Of a stretch of 64,000 nt of DNA, positions 53,006 through 64,000 are shown in pieces. Position numbers and translations under genes: made by a program. Source of the DNA: Gnetum montanum (taxonomy: Eukaryota; Plantae; Gnetophyta); the NCBI GenBank assembly GCA_015680685.1, contig MNCI01002105.1:381734-445733 (forward strand). The letters run 5' to 3'. Each line of letters starts with the position of its first letter. The stretch's first letter is position 1. The notes below the pieces were generated by a model. That model worked only from the letters and a program-made list of their open reading frames with translations. It searched no databases and was not told the DNA's origin.

Positions 53006-56000
53006 TCAAATGTAGTATGGCTTGAGATATGAATGATTCATAGGATTTGTGAACTCGTTGCCATTCATGTCTGCTAACTTGAAGGCTCCGTTCCCATAGG
53101 ATTTTTTGACCATGAATAGACCATCCTAGTTTGCTGAGAATTTTTTCACATGCTCACAGATAGCCTTGAGAACGAGGTCACCATTTTTTATTAGCTATTG
53201 ATGCGAGTTTGCATGATGCTTCTGCCATTGCTTGTCTTGATAACGCTCTATGTGACCAAGTGTTTGTGCACACTCCTTCTCTATTTAGTTGAGGTCGATG
53301 ATCCTCGACTCGTTGTTCTGAGCTTCGCTCACGATGTTTGACAGGATCATTTGAAGTGATGGTACTTGCAACTTAAGAGGTAACACTGCTTCAAATCCAT
53401 AAACAAGACTATAAGGAGTTTTACCTGTTGCCATCCTACACATCGTCCTGTAAGCCCATAGCACATAGAGGATTTGTTCATGCCATTGCCTCTTGCTGTT
53501 GTTAAGCATTTTCTTAAGAAAGTTGATGATGCCTTTGTTCAGAGCTTCTGCTTGTCTGTTTGCCTATGGGTAGTATGGCGAGGAGAATGATTTCCTAATG
53601 TCAAGGTTGCTACAAAAGGTTTTGGTTTCTACACTACTAAACTGTGGCCCATTATCAGTCACAATAGTCATGGAAAGCCCAAACCTCATCACGATGTTAT
53701 TTAATATGAAGTGACAAACCTATTGAGATGTAGTCTTCCTAAGGGGAATAGCCTCCATCCACTTCATAAAGTACTCGATGACGATGATGATGAAGCTATG
53801 CCTTACAAAAGAGTTAGGCATGATAGGTCCTATAATGTCTTGTCCCCATCGTTGGAATGGGCACGTATTGTTGGCACGTATCCTTGGCACATATCACAAG
53901 TCTTGACTTAGGCAGAAGATTTTCATATCGTTGGCACGTATCATAAGTCTTGACTTTGGCTAGGCAATTGTGCTTCATGTGAGGCTAGTAGTACCCTAGC
54001 CATCTATTCTTTACCACCATGGCCTTAGGTGCTATGTGTCCATCGCACAGTCCCTTGTGTACCTCATTAATCACCTTCTGTTCTTGCTCCTCGTTTACAC
54101 ATGCTAGCAATATCCCATCAAAGGAGCATTTGCACAAGGCATTGTCTCCCATGAGCACATATTGCTAAGCATGCTTGCAGATCGCATCCCTCTTTGTAGA
54201 TGTCAATCCGCATGGGGGCTCACCATGTTGCAGGTAGGCTTTAATGTTGACATACCACTCCTGGGTATCTGTAGCGCTTACAAAGGCTACGTGTACGGCT
54301 TGAGTGATAAGCTCCGTACACTCAGTAATCAAAGTGGGAAAACTTGCAAACAAGTGTGGTGGCACATTTAATGCTAGGGTGGCCAAGGCATCTGCTATGG
54401 TGTTTTCATTGCATGGCACATGTTGAACATCCATTATTGTAAACTGTTTAAGCAAACTTTCTACTAGGTTGTAATAAGGCTACAAATGAGTAGCTTTGTA
54501 GGCGCAGACCTCATTGATTTGATTCACAACCAGTTGTGAATCGCCTTGAATTACGACGTGTTGAATTTTTAATGCTTCGGCTGCTAAGAGGCCCCTGAGG
54601 AGTCCTTCGTACTCTGCCACATTGTTTATACAAAGGAACACAAACGGATAAGCATATAACTGGATGTCCCTAGAGGGAAATGTAATGATAGCCACTGCGC
54701 TAACACCACGTGTAGTCGAGGCACTGTCAAACTGTAAAGTAGCTTCGAGATAAGATGGGATAACGTTGATGGTGCTAACATGCTCATCAGGGAATTTGGG
54801 TTCTATGGTTGCCCGATCGTCGATGGGTGAGGTCGTGAGTTGCGTAGCTATAGCTTGACCTTTTGTTGATGATTCGCATACATAATGCAAATCGAACTCC
54901 GTTGTTATGGATTTCCGCCGGGCTATCCTCTTGCCTTCATACAGATTGTTTGTGATAGCCTAGAGTACATTGCTTTTACAAATGATGTTAACTTTGCTAC
55001 GAAACAGATAATGCCTCCACTTTTTTAATGAAAACACTAGAGCGAGGAAATTTCTCTCCACCTCATTGTATTTTGCCTCATATGCTATCAATGCATGACT
55101 TCAACAATACACTGGAATCTTAGAGCCGTTGTCTCGTTTCTGACATAACAATGTCGCGATAGACATGTTTGAGATGGCAAGGTAGACATAGAAAGGCTTA
55201 TCCCTCTGTGGTAGGTAAACAGTTAGGAGAAGTAAAAGCTCTTTCTTTAGATCATCAAAGGCCTGTTGGCATTATGTTGTCCATTCAAAGTTAATCCCTT
55301 TCTTTAGTAAGTGTTTCATGGGATGTAACTTGTTAGTCAACTTCGCTGTAAACCTTCTGATGAACTACACTCTACCTTGCAACCCACGTAATTCCTTAAG
55401 GTTGGTAAGGGGTGCTAGATTAATGATGGTCATAACTTTGTCAGGGTCCACTCGTATTCTAGCCTCTGATACTACAAACCCTAACATGCATCCAGTTCTC
55501 ACCCTGAAGACACACTTTTTTTGGTTGAGGCATAAATCATGCATCTATCAGCATTTGAGGACTACACCTAGATTGTTGGGATGATCAGCAACCTCTTTAG
55601 ATTTGACCACTATGTCATCCATGTAGTCATTTAGTGTTTCTAGGATGTAGTCGCTAAAGATGTATGTCATAACTCTTTAGTAGGTTGCTCCAGCGTTTTT
55701 GAGCCCAAAGGGCATCATGGTGTAATAGAAGGTACCCCATGGGGTCATGAAAGTTGTTGCTAACTGATGCTCTGGGTTGATGCGAATTTGATTATAGCTG
55801 GAGAAACTGTCCATGAAGGATAATACAGCATGACCAACCATAGTGTCGATGAGTTGATCAATACTCGGTAGTGGGAAGTCGTCTTTGATCGTTACTTTGT
55901 TCAGATCTCAGAAGTATATACAGATTCGTATTCCTCCCATTTTCTTAGAAACTACAATGATATTTGTTAACACCCATTCTGAGTAATCAATTGCCTGGAT

Positions 56001-56489
56001 GAAACTAGCCTAATACAACTTAGTGATTTCATCATAGACAGCTAGTGTGATCTCTAATTTAACCTTGCGAGCCTTTTGCTTAACGGCTTCAATATGCAAA
56101 TCTAAGATAATGTTGTGATGTATAAGCCTCGGATCTAAGCCCGGCATCTTGTTATAAGACCATGCGAAAACCTCGATGTTATCTTGTAGTATCTTGAATA
56201 CATCTTTATGTGTTTACGAATCTAGGAGGGAGCTAAGTTTTAACATTTTTATTTCCCCCCTGGATGTAGTCACAGGCATTTCAATGGGAGGGTCCTTAGT
56301 CACATCATCGGCCTCTAAATCCAAGGCTCAAACTAAATGTTTGAGCTAGTCTAGGGATGTTTCTAAGGATGCTACAATGCTATCTACAAATGATTCCCAA
56401 TCTATTGACTTTGGGTTCAATTGTCTTGCGAGCTCGCCATGTGGACCTGTCCAGGCTAGAGGTGAGAAAAGATCATGATGCATTACCAT
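53006..56489 (-). pseudogene. pol: pol of element D (RT-RH-aRH-IN), decayed
   Basis: YMDD; FDSAS...NNVAEYEGL...GDSQLVV; TDNGPQF; LWAYRT...TPYSLVYG; KPYYI*. Confidence 0.92.
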
Positions 56490-56624
56490 TCTTGCTCAAC
56501 CTACCACAATGAGATAAATGCCATGTCAAGTGATACCTATTTGTAGCAACGGTGCATAGTAAACATTTGTAAAGCAACAATGAGATATGAACAGTTGGAA
56601 TAATTATAAATATGATACAAAATT

Positions 56625-56760
56625 TGCAATTTGCTAGTTTAAGGTCGTAGCAGACCGCCTGAACGCAAAAGCGCAAAACTGCTAGTTTAAGGTCTTTGTG
56701 AACCACTAACCTGGTTGAGTTTGTAAGTTAAGAGTATTAGTTTAAGATATTTGCAGACTG
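56625..56760 (-). repeat. Hairpin array upstream of pol D (3-4 units)
   Basis: Minus tgcta-cgaccttaaac-tagca. Confidence 0.75.
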
Positions 56761-57900
56761 CTAACGGACTGCATTGGGATCACCCTCCCCATTGTATTTA
56801 CTATAGTGGGGGAGTGGCATCTCGGTGGGTAATGTTAGCATGGGGACTATCGGGCTGATGGGATCATCATGGTAGAAATCTATGACTTGTACCATGTTAG
56901 AATCGGCAATCTTGAGGCATCTAACCTCTTCAGTAAGGATCTGGATAAGTTGAAATGCTTGATCTAGACCCAGGGGCAATGTAGATGGTTGGGGAGCTAC
57001 AGGGGTAGCTCCCATTGGTGGCGTGATAGGAACAATGGCCTGGCTCATATGCGGCACCATTAGGGTGGCCCCTACAAAGGGTGTTGATGGTGTTGTCCAC
57101 TGCCCAGTGGGTGGTGATGTTGGAGCAGTAGCCATTGGTGGTGCTACAGGCTTGGTCGTTTGCATGACCGATGCGGTAGACCAGAGTCCCATGCTTGGTT
57201 GTACCATTTTTGGAACCTAGTACATTTGGTGGTGAGCATAGTGGGACATTTGTAAAGGTTGTGAAATAGGGGGGAAGTGAATGGGGTCCACCACGTGGTT
57301 GGGGGTGGACCTGCCATTGACGGTGGAATAGGTGTAGATGCTGAAATGGATGAGGAGACTGTATGCAACTATGATGTAGGTACTATGTGGACATAAGGCA
57401 GGGTAGCTATGATTGGTGTGTGGTACGATGCAGGAATGGATTGTGGAATAGATTATGGGGGGTAGTGCCTTGGAATGAGACAGGGAAATAGGCGTGTTGA
57501 TACACCAAGTGAATGGCATGGCTACCCATTGCTGATGAAACTATGGGTTGCGATGGATTAGATGTAATCATGAAGGGAGCAGTTGTGAAGAGCAGATTCA
57601 AATAGAAAGATGGTGTGGGCAGGATGGTGACAGCATCAGTCTGATCCCCACCTCAAACTAGGAATCCAAGTTCTCTTAGCCATCCTAAAACACCTCGTCA
57701 TAGTGGGACGCTATGTCTCGGTGCTCCCTAGGTCTACTTATCCGTATGTACTGATCTAAGATCCACTGATACATTTGCATCAGAGGAATGGAAATGGCAG
57801 GAGTGGGAATAAATTCACTTTCATTGTGGTAAAGGAACTTAAAGTTATGTTTGTCTTTGAGTTCATGGGGAGCCAATGGAAAATTCTCCTAGACCTTGGC
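56761..57900 (-). pseudogene. gag: Truncated gag N-terminus of element D (Pro/Thr-rich, ends at YSKYNGEGDP)
   Basis: ORF 56761-57207 ends just after the first capsid-like motif. Confidence 0.75.
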
Positions 57901-58300
57901 ATCAAGAAAATTGTAAATCTTAGAATGTTGTGCCAAGATCTCAGGTGATCAGTTTTGGATCTTGAGAGATCAGCGTGGCCCTTGCACCTGTGATGCCCTC
58001 AACCGAAAAGGGGACCTCAATGTTAGAGGTAACAACAGTGGTGCTTCAGGAAATCATTTTTGTAAAGGTAAGAATGGTTTGTGAGAAAGAAAAATAGAGA
58101 TCAAAAGGTGATCAGAGGCTTTCTGTCCTATAGGGTTCCAAAGGAACCATCATTGTGACCAGCCTATATCACACGGTGTGTAAACAACCGCAAGGATATC
58201 ATGTTTATGCTAATAGGTAATGGGGTACAAAAAGCATGTAGGACTACCCATGAGACACAAAAAGGGGCACCAAAAGGCCCTTCTTCTAGCATTAGAAAAC

Positions 58301-59990
58301 TATAGCGATCAAAAACATCAATGGATACAAACACCAAGAGGTTTTTGAGTGAACAATTTTAACCTTGGATTCATGCTAGGGCCATGCTAGATATAATGGA
58401 AGCAAGGTGCCCTGAACAGTCTGGTCGATCAAACAGGGACTGAATCGGTGTGACTTAACCTTTTGTGAAATTTGTTTTAAATGTTAAATACGTGAGGTAT
58501 ATCTGATGATTAATAAATGCAGGAATGCAAAAAATAATGCTAAACAGTGATAACAATGAAGAAATAACAGGATAAGCTTGGATAAGAAATGCACCATCGA
58601 AAAATCGTGGGTTCGATTCTCTTCCTTGTTTGAAGTGTATAAAAAGCTATATAATGCTGGAGGCATACAGAGAGTTCAAGAGTGACCAGAATGCTCAAAA
58701 TGTGTCAACTATGTGTTTGAGTGAGAACCTACAAGCCAACAATGCAAAAATGCCAACACGAAGAGCCAATGCCAACCCAAAATTGCCAACAATTTCCAAC
58801 CATTTTCTTTAATGCAAAAATGTTAGTTCTTTCCGCAAGAAAGCCAACAAACTCACAAAGAAGCCAACCCTTTGAGCATTGTTTGCTAGGGTATTTATAG
58901 GGCCAGGAGCAAGTGAGAAATAAGGTCTAAATGCCACGTGTCCTAGACCCACGAGATGTTGGCGTGTCATTACTGCAAAGATGTGCAATGTTGGTTGTGA
59001 ACTTTGCTATGCTACAATCATGTTGTCGAGAATTGCACATGCTGGAATCCAGTATGCTAACAATGCAAACAAGAAATGAAGCACATTGAAGTAGCGTAGC
59101 TACTTGCTATACTGTGCTATGCTATGTAGCATAGCACGTTGGCGTGGCATAGCTGCTTGCTACGCTATGTAGCGTAGCATAGCGCAGCCACCAGTTTGAG
59201 TAGAAAACTTGCATTAGAGTCAACAGCATTTGCTAGAAGCTTTGGTGCACATCTCATTAACCTTTGAAGCAATTTGTTATTTTGCATCTTTGCTACACTA
59301 TGCGAAGCATAGTATAGCGTAGCAGCTAGTTTCAACCAAAACTTGTGTTGAAGTTGAAAATGCTTGTTATCGTTCTTGTCTTGTTACTATGTTGTGCTAC
59401 ACTATGTAGTGTAGTGTAGTGTAGTAGATAGTGCATCCTACCTTTGTTCAATCTGCCACTTTCTAGTAAGGAAATTTGCTCAAGGACTTAAAGTCGATCA
59501 AGGCAAACCAATTTTTTAAGGCTAGAGTGCTTTCCAAGTGCAACTTCTTTATTAGAATAACTTGGTAAGCTGGGCTTTTCTGATTTTCCTTCGCTACACT
59601 TCATAGCATAGCATAGCGTAGCACCTTATTTTGCAACAGTTTGCACTCGACCGTTTGAACAAATATCTTTGGAGGATTTCTACACTACACAGCATAGTGT
59701 AGCATAGCACACTCCTTCACTAGAACTATTTTGTCCATCCTGAGCACTACCAACAACTCCTAGCATAGTTTCTAAGTAGACTGACCGTCGGGTGAATCAC
59801 CCAGGTGGGAAGGCTAGAGAGTCCATCAGGCTTGTCAACTTTAGAGGTAGAAAACTTGCCGAACTAAATAGTCTAACCTCAATGCATTCATTTCCTGCCA
59901 AAGGATCATGAGGCTACACTTGTGGAAATCCTTACCTCAGATCCAAGACCCTGGTGAAGAAAGAGTGCCTCAAAATTTTATGATGTTTCA
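58301..59990 (-). repeat. 5' LTR of element D
   Basis: Homologous to 49435-51170; followed on the minus strand by decayed Asn-type PBS. Confidence 0.9.
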
Positions 59991-59995
59991 CAAGT

Positions 59996-61798
59996 AACAA
60001 TAGATCTGGAATTTATGGATGAGCATGTCACTAGTGTAAGCTAAGTGCTTAACAACTTCAAGGTACTTTCACACTTTGATGATGCTTCAACCTCCCAAGG
60101 GGGTAGTGCCATTGCCATAATCATGTTCCCCTCTGGGGAGATCTAACCCTTTGCATATCACTTTACCTTTTCATGCACTAATAATGTGGTAGAGTATGAA
60201 GGTCTCCTTCGAGGTATCTTAGCAACTTGTAACCTAGGAATACAAAATCTAGCAATCCAAGGAGACTCACAACTAGTCATTAACTAAGTCATAGAGGTTT
60301 ACACTTGCAAAGCCCAACACTTGAAGCCTTACTGTGACTTGGTGAAGCACCTACTCAAGTGATTTGCAACTAGTGATGTTTAGCATATCCCCCATAACAA
60401 AAATTCCATCACTAATGCATTAGCTACATTAGCCTTAAGCATTACACATGAAATGTTCTGCACATTACCCACTACAATGGTGGATTGCATTTTCCTATCA
60501 TGCAAACAATCGACACTGCATCCATCATGACAATAAGCACAACCCACACAGTAGAGTGGTATGATGAGATCAAGTCATACATTCTATAAGGTAAACCTTC
60601 GTAGCATCTAACCACTACCTAAAAGGATGCAATGCAAAAGTGATTGCAACAATACATCATTATAGGTGATAAAAATTTGTGCCACTAATCCTATAATGGC
60701 ATATTGTTGACATGCATCAATGATAGTGAAGCATAGACGATCATAGAATAAGTCCATGAGGGACTCTGCAAAGGTCACATAGCACCTAGGGAAATCATAG
60801 CAAAAATCATACACTTAGGCTACTATTGGCCTTACATGGAGTACTATTGCATCTTCAAGGTCAAGATGTATGATACATGTCAATGACATGGTAACCTCAT
60901 GCATGTGCCACCTCCTAAACTGCATACCACATAGATCATGTGGCCATTCCAACGTTGAGGATTGGACATCATAGGAGCAAGAATGCCTACGTCCTTCACA
61001 ATGCATAGTTTCATTATAACAACCACTAAGTATCTTATGAAGTGGCTTGAAGCTATTCCCCTTAAGAGGACCACATCATTGTAGGTTTGCAAATTCATAC
61101 TTGATAACATAGTGTCTTGTTTTGGTTTACCCATGACCATAGTCATAGACAATGGGCCATAGTTTAGTACTGCTAAAATCAAGGCCTTTTGCAAATGCCA
61201 CAAAATTAAATATTCCTTCTTGTCACCTTACTACCCATAGGCAAATGACCAAGTAGAGGCCACAAACAAAGTCATTGTCAAACTTCTAAAGAAGATGCTT
61301 CACAACAGCAAGAGATGATGGCATGAGTAGTTGATCTATGCACTCTAGGCCTATTGCATGACATGAAGAACTACAATAGGTAAGCTACCATACAGTTTGG
61401 TTTATGGGTCTAAAGCCATCTTGCCTCTTGAATTGTAGGTCCTACCACTCTACATAACCTTCTCAAGCTTCATATATGAGGCTCAAAATGATGATTTAAG
61501 GGACATAGATCTTGACTCAATAGAGGAGGAGTGCATGTAAACACATGGTCACATCATGTAGTACCAAAAAATGCAATGGCAAAAGCACCATCACAATCAA
61601 CATTAATGCCTAATCAAGGAGGGGGACTTGGTCCTCAAGGCTATTCGCAAACCCGTGGATAAGTTCCCAGCCAACTGGGAAGGGCCTTTCTTGGTCGTCA
61701 AGGCTTATGGTAATGAAGCATTCAATCTTGCTAACCATGATGGTAATAAATTTTCTAATCTAATGAACCACTCATACCCAAAGCCATACTACACATAG
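59996..61798 (+). pseudogene. pol: pol of element C continued: aRH and integrase
   Basis: FDDAS...TNNVVEYEGL...GDSQLV; GYYWP; IDNGP; NWEGPF. Confidence 0.9.
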
Positions 61799-61827
61799 TG
61801 TATCAATAAAAAATCAAGGTAAGTAAG

Positions 61828-62242
61828 AGTCTGCTACAACTATAAACTAGTGTAAATTAGTCCACAATGACTAGAAACTAGCGTAGTAGAGTCCATTATG
61901 ACTATAAACTGGTACATCATATTCCACTATAACTATAAACTAGCACAGATTAGTATGCTAAAACTATAAATTGGCACAACATAGTCCACTATGATTATAA
62001 ACTAGCATAGCATGTCTGCTATGAAGACAAACTGACATAGACCAACCTTGGGCCATGACGCTAAAATTAGCATCCACAACATTTGTTCACCATAATGCTT
62101 AAAATGGCATAGCTCATCCTTTTGTCATGACATTAAACTAGCACAACATCCACTATCCACTACGATGTTAAACTAACATACAACAATCTGCTAGGGCTAT
62201 AAACTAGCATGGCATGCAATCTATCAGGACCTTAAACTAGGT
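61828..62242 (+). repeat. Hairpin array downstream of pol C (~13 units)
   Basis: tgcta-gggctataaac-tagca and related units with variable spacers. Confidence 0.85.
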
Positions 62243-64000
62243 TCACAGATCAACACACATAGTTTTGTAGATAAGCAAGCATAAATACTTTTTATCCTTC
62301 TTCATCTACCCACACCTCATGGGTAGGGTTGGGTAGGGCATTGCAGTTCTAGAATAGAGTTCACATCATCAAGAGAAGTGTTGGCACATTTGGCCACTCC
62401 ATGGAACAGTTAAAATATTTTATTCAAAATTGGAAGAATCTATGGTTGTAAGTAAAGTACAGCCTTAGTGTTGAAGGTTTATGGGTGTTTTTGTTTAGAA
62501 GATTGATTCACTAGTAGAAATTTGATGTTGAAGCCTTTTGGGTACAAGATGAAAGTGCCGAATTATTCCCTTGTCAAAGATCAGAGGATAGTAAAATTAG
62601 TAAGGAAGGGAGTATATTATTTATGTAAAAGAACAAAGTTGCAGATCCCGGTTGATTAAATTCCATTGTATCCTTAAAAGACAACATTTGAAAAAATAGG
62701 AATTAATCAAAAATCAGCAACACCTCGAGTGTTTAAAAATTATGCAGAATCAGTAAAGGGAAAAGAAGACTGCGGTGTTACTGGGCAATACATGGCCACC
62801 GTAAAACCACGGCCAGGCCAACAAACATCGTCGCAACCATCTCTCCACATGGCTGCAACCGTTGACGTTGCTGATTTGCTGTTTCAAAACAAGAATAAAA
62901 TTTTGGAGGTGTTCTCAAGGTGCACCGAAACCCCACAAACTGCCGCGGGACATTCAGCCTGCACATGAAACAAAAACGTAGGATATGTTGTTACAATTTC
63001 GGTGGTGCAGCTACAACGATTCTAAAGGTTTCTACATGTGGTTTCAGCAGAATACAGATCCATAAAACGTTAGCCCTTGGTTCTACAATCAATGGCAATG
63101 GCGGTAAAGATTCAAGGGAAAATTTTCAAACAAAAAACGCAGGAAGCCCGCCCTAAATCAGTTTTGGGGGCAAAATAGAAACATTTTTGGCAATTGAAAC
63201 CCTCTATTTGGGCGCGTTGTTTTTCAAAAAAAAACCCCTTTCTTCTCTAGCATGCGATGGCAAAGTCAAATTGCAGTTGCAGGGCCTTCCCGCGATGATC
63301 GTCGGTTATGATTTTGCAGGGCCTTATTGCGCAGGGACAGTTTGAATCAGTGGCTTCGGATGAAACTGCATACGAATCTTGCTTCAAACATGTGTTGGTT
63401 CTTGCAGGTTCTGGGTAGAAATAAGAGAAAGACCGTTGCCCTAGAACTATGATGAAACCTCCACACAATTTACAGGGAAGACAAGAAGAATAATTTCTCC
63501 GCTTTTACCAAAAATTATTCAATTACTTCTGCCGCCTAAAGTATATAGTTATAAAACTAACCAATAATATGTATATGTAGATATATATATATCCATAACA
63601 TGAAGTACTCATTATATGAAGCCTTGATTTAGAAACCTGCCTTCAATTATCTCAAGCCATAAAATATTATTTTGAAACATATAAGTTACTACCCATTTAA
63701 AATTTGTAATATTGATTATCCCATTTAATGTCACATTACATTAAAGTTAGCATAAAATTCTCCTCATTTTATGCATAACTTCCTAACTCCCTAAACCACA
63801 TAACTTTCTCCTAACTTATTGGACAAGTAATCTTCTGATTGGTTAATCAAATTACTTAAGAGAGAAGATAGGAGAGATATTTTTGAGATATTTTTGGGAT
63901 ATTTTGAAATTGTAACTTCTCTAGGAAGAGGAGAATCTCATTGTTTAGGACTTTTGGGGGGTCTTATACATCACTTAGAAGACTTGACATCTCATTTTGA

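Larger units (their letters stand above)
49435..59990 (-). mobile_element. Element D: two-LTR Tat-type element with internal deletion, nested in pol of C; TSD CAAGC/CAAGT
   Basis: Direct repeats 49435-51170 and 58301-59990; TSD 49430-49434 and 59991-59995; PPT 51171-51187; PBS 58278-58294. Confidence 0.92.
47046..62420 (+). mobile_element. Element C: Tat-type remnant (antisense-promoter region, hairpin array, pol, hairpin array), split by insertion of D
   Basis: pol homologous to A from 47756 to 49434 resumes colinearly at 59996 and ends KPYYT* at 61798. Confidence 0.85.

Noticed and set aside
61828-62242. Hammerhead ribozyme or retrozyme explanation for the arrays
   Set aside because: No CUGANGA...GAAA core arrangement; units are too short
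62600-63540. CpG-retaining stretch that might be a gene 5' region or a DNA-transposon end
   Set aside because: Only short ORFs with no recognisable motifs, and no TIR partner in the window

Overview
Repeat-dominated land-plant nuclear DNA with heavy C>T/G>A decay, two N gaps and several single-'n' contig joins. I found no confidently identifiable host gene. The window is a nest of LTR retrotransposons. Five related Ty3/gypsy Tat-type elements (A-E) are present, with pol order RT-RNaseH-archaeal-type RNaseH-IN where pol is preserved and tRNA-Asn-type PBS in B, D and E. There is also a second LTR family (TGATGA...CATCA; one solo LTR and one 3' end with a coiled-coil ORF), an iMet-primed gag remnant and Ty1/copia remnants. 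Three things stand out in the Tat lineage. (1) Upstream of pol (between gag-PR and RT in element B) lies a multi-kb antisense, spliced gene. It encodes a catalytically degenerate FCP1/SCP-like HAD phosphatase domain followed by a plant-mobile-domain-like region, and is present in two very diverged elements with the same intron phases. (2) pol looks like a self-contained exon (acceptor, own ATG, stop, donor), bracketed on both sides by arrays of covarying hairpins with an 11-nt loop. (3) Each element has its own short motif, repeated in its LTR and, in A and B, also in intron 1 of the antisense gene. All domain calls are by-eye motif recognition; no searches were run.
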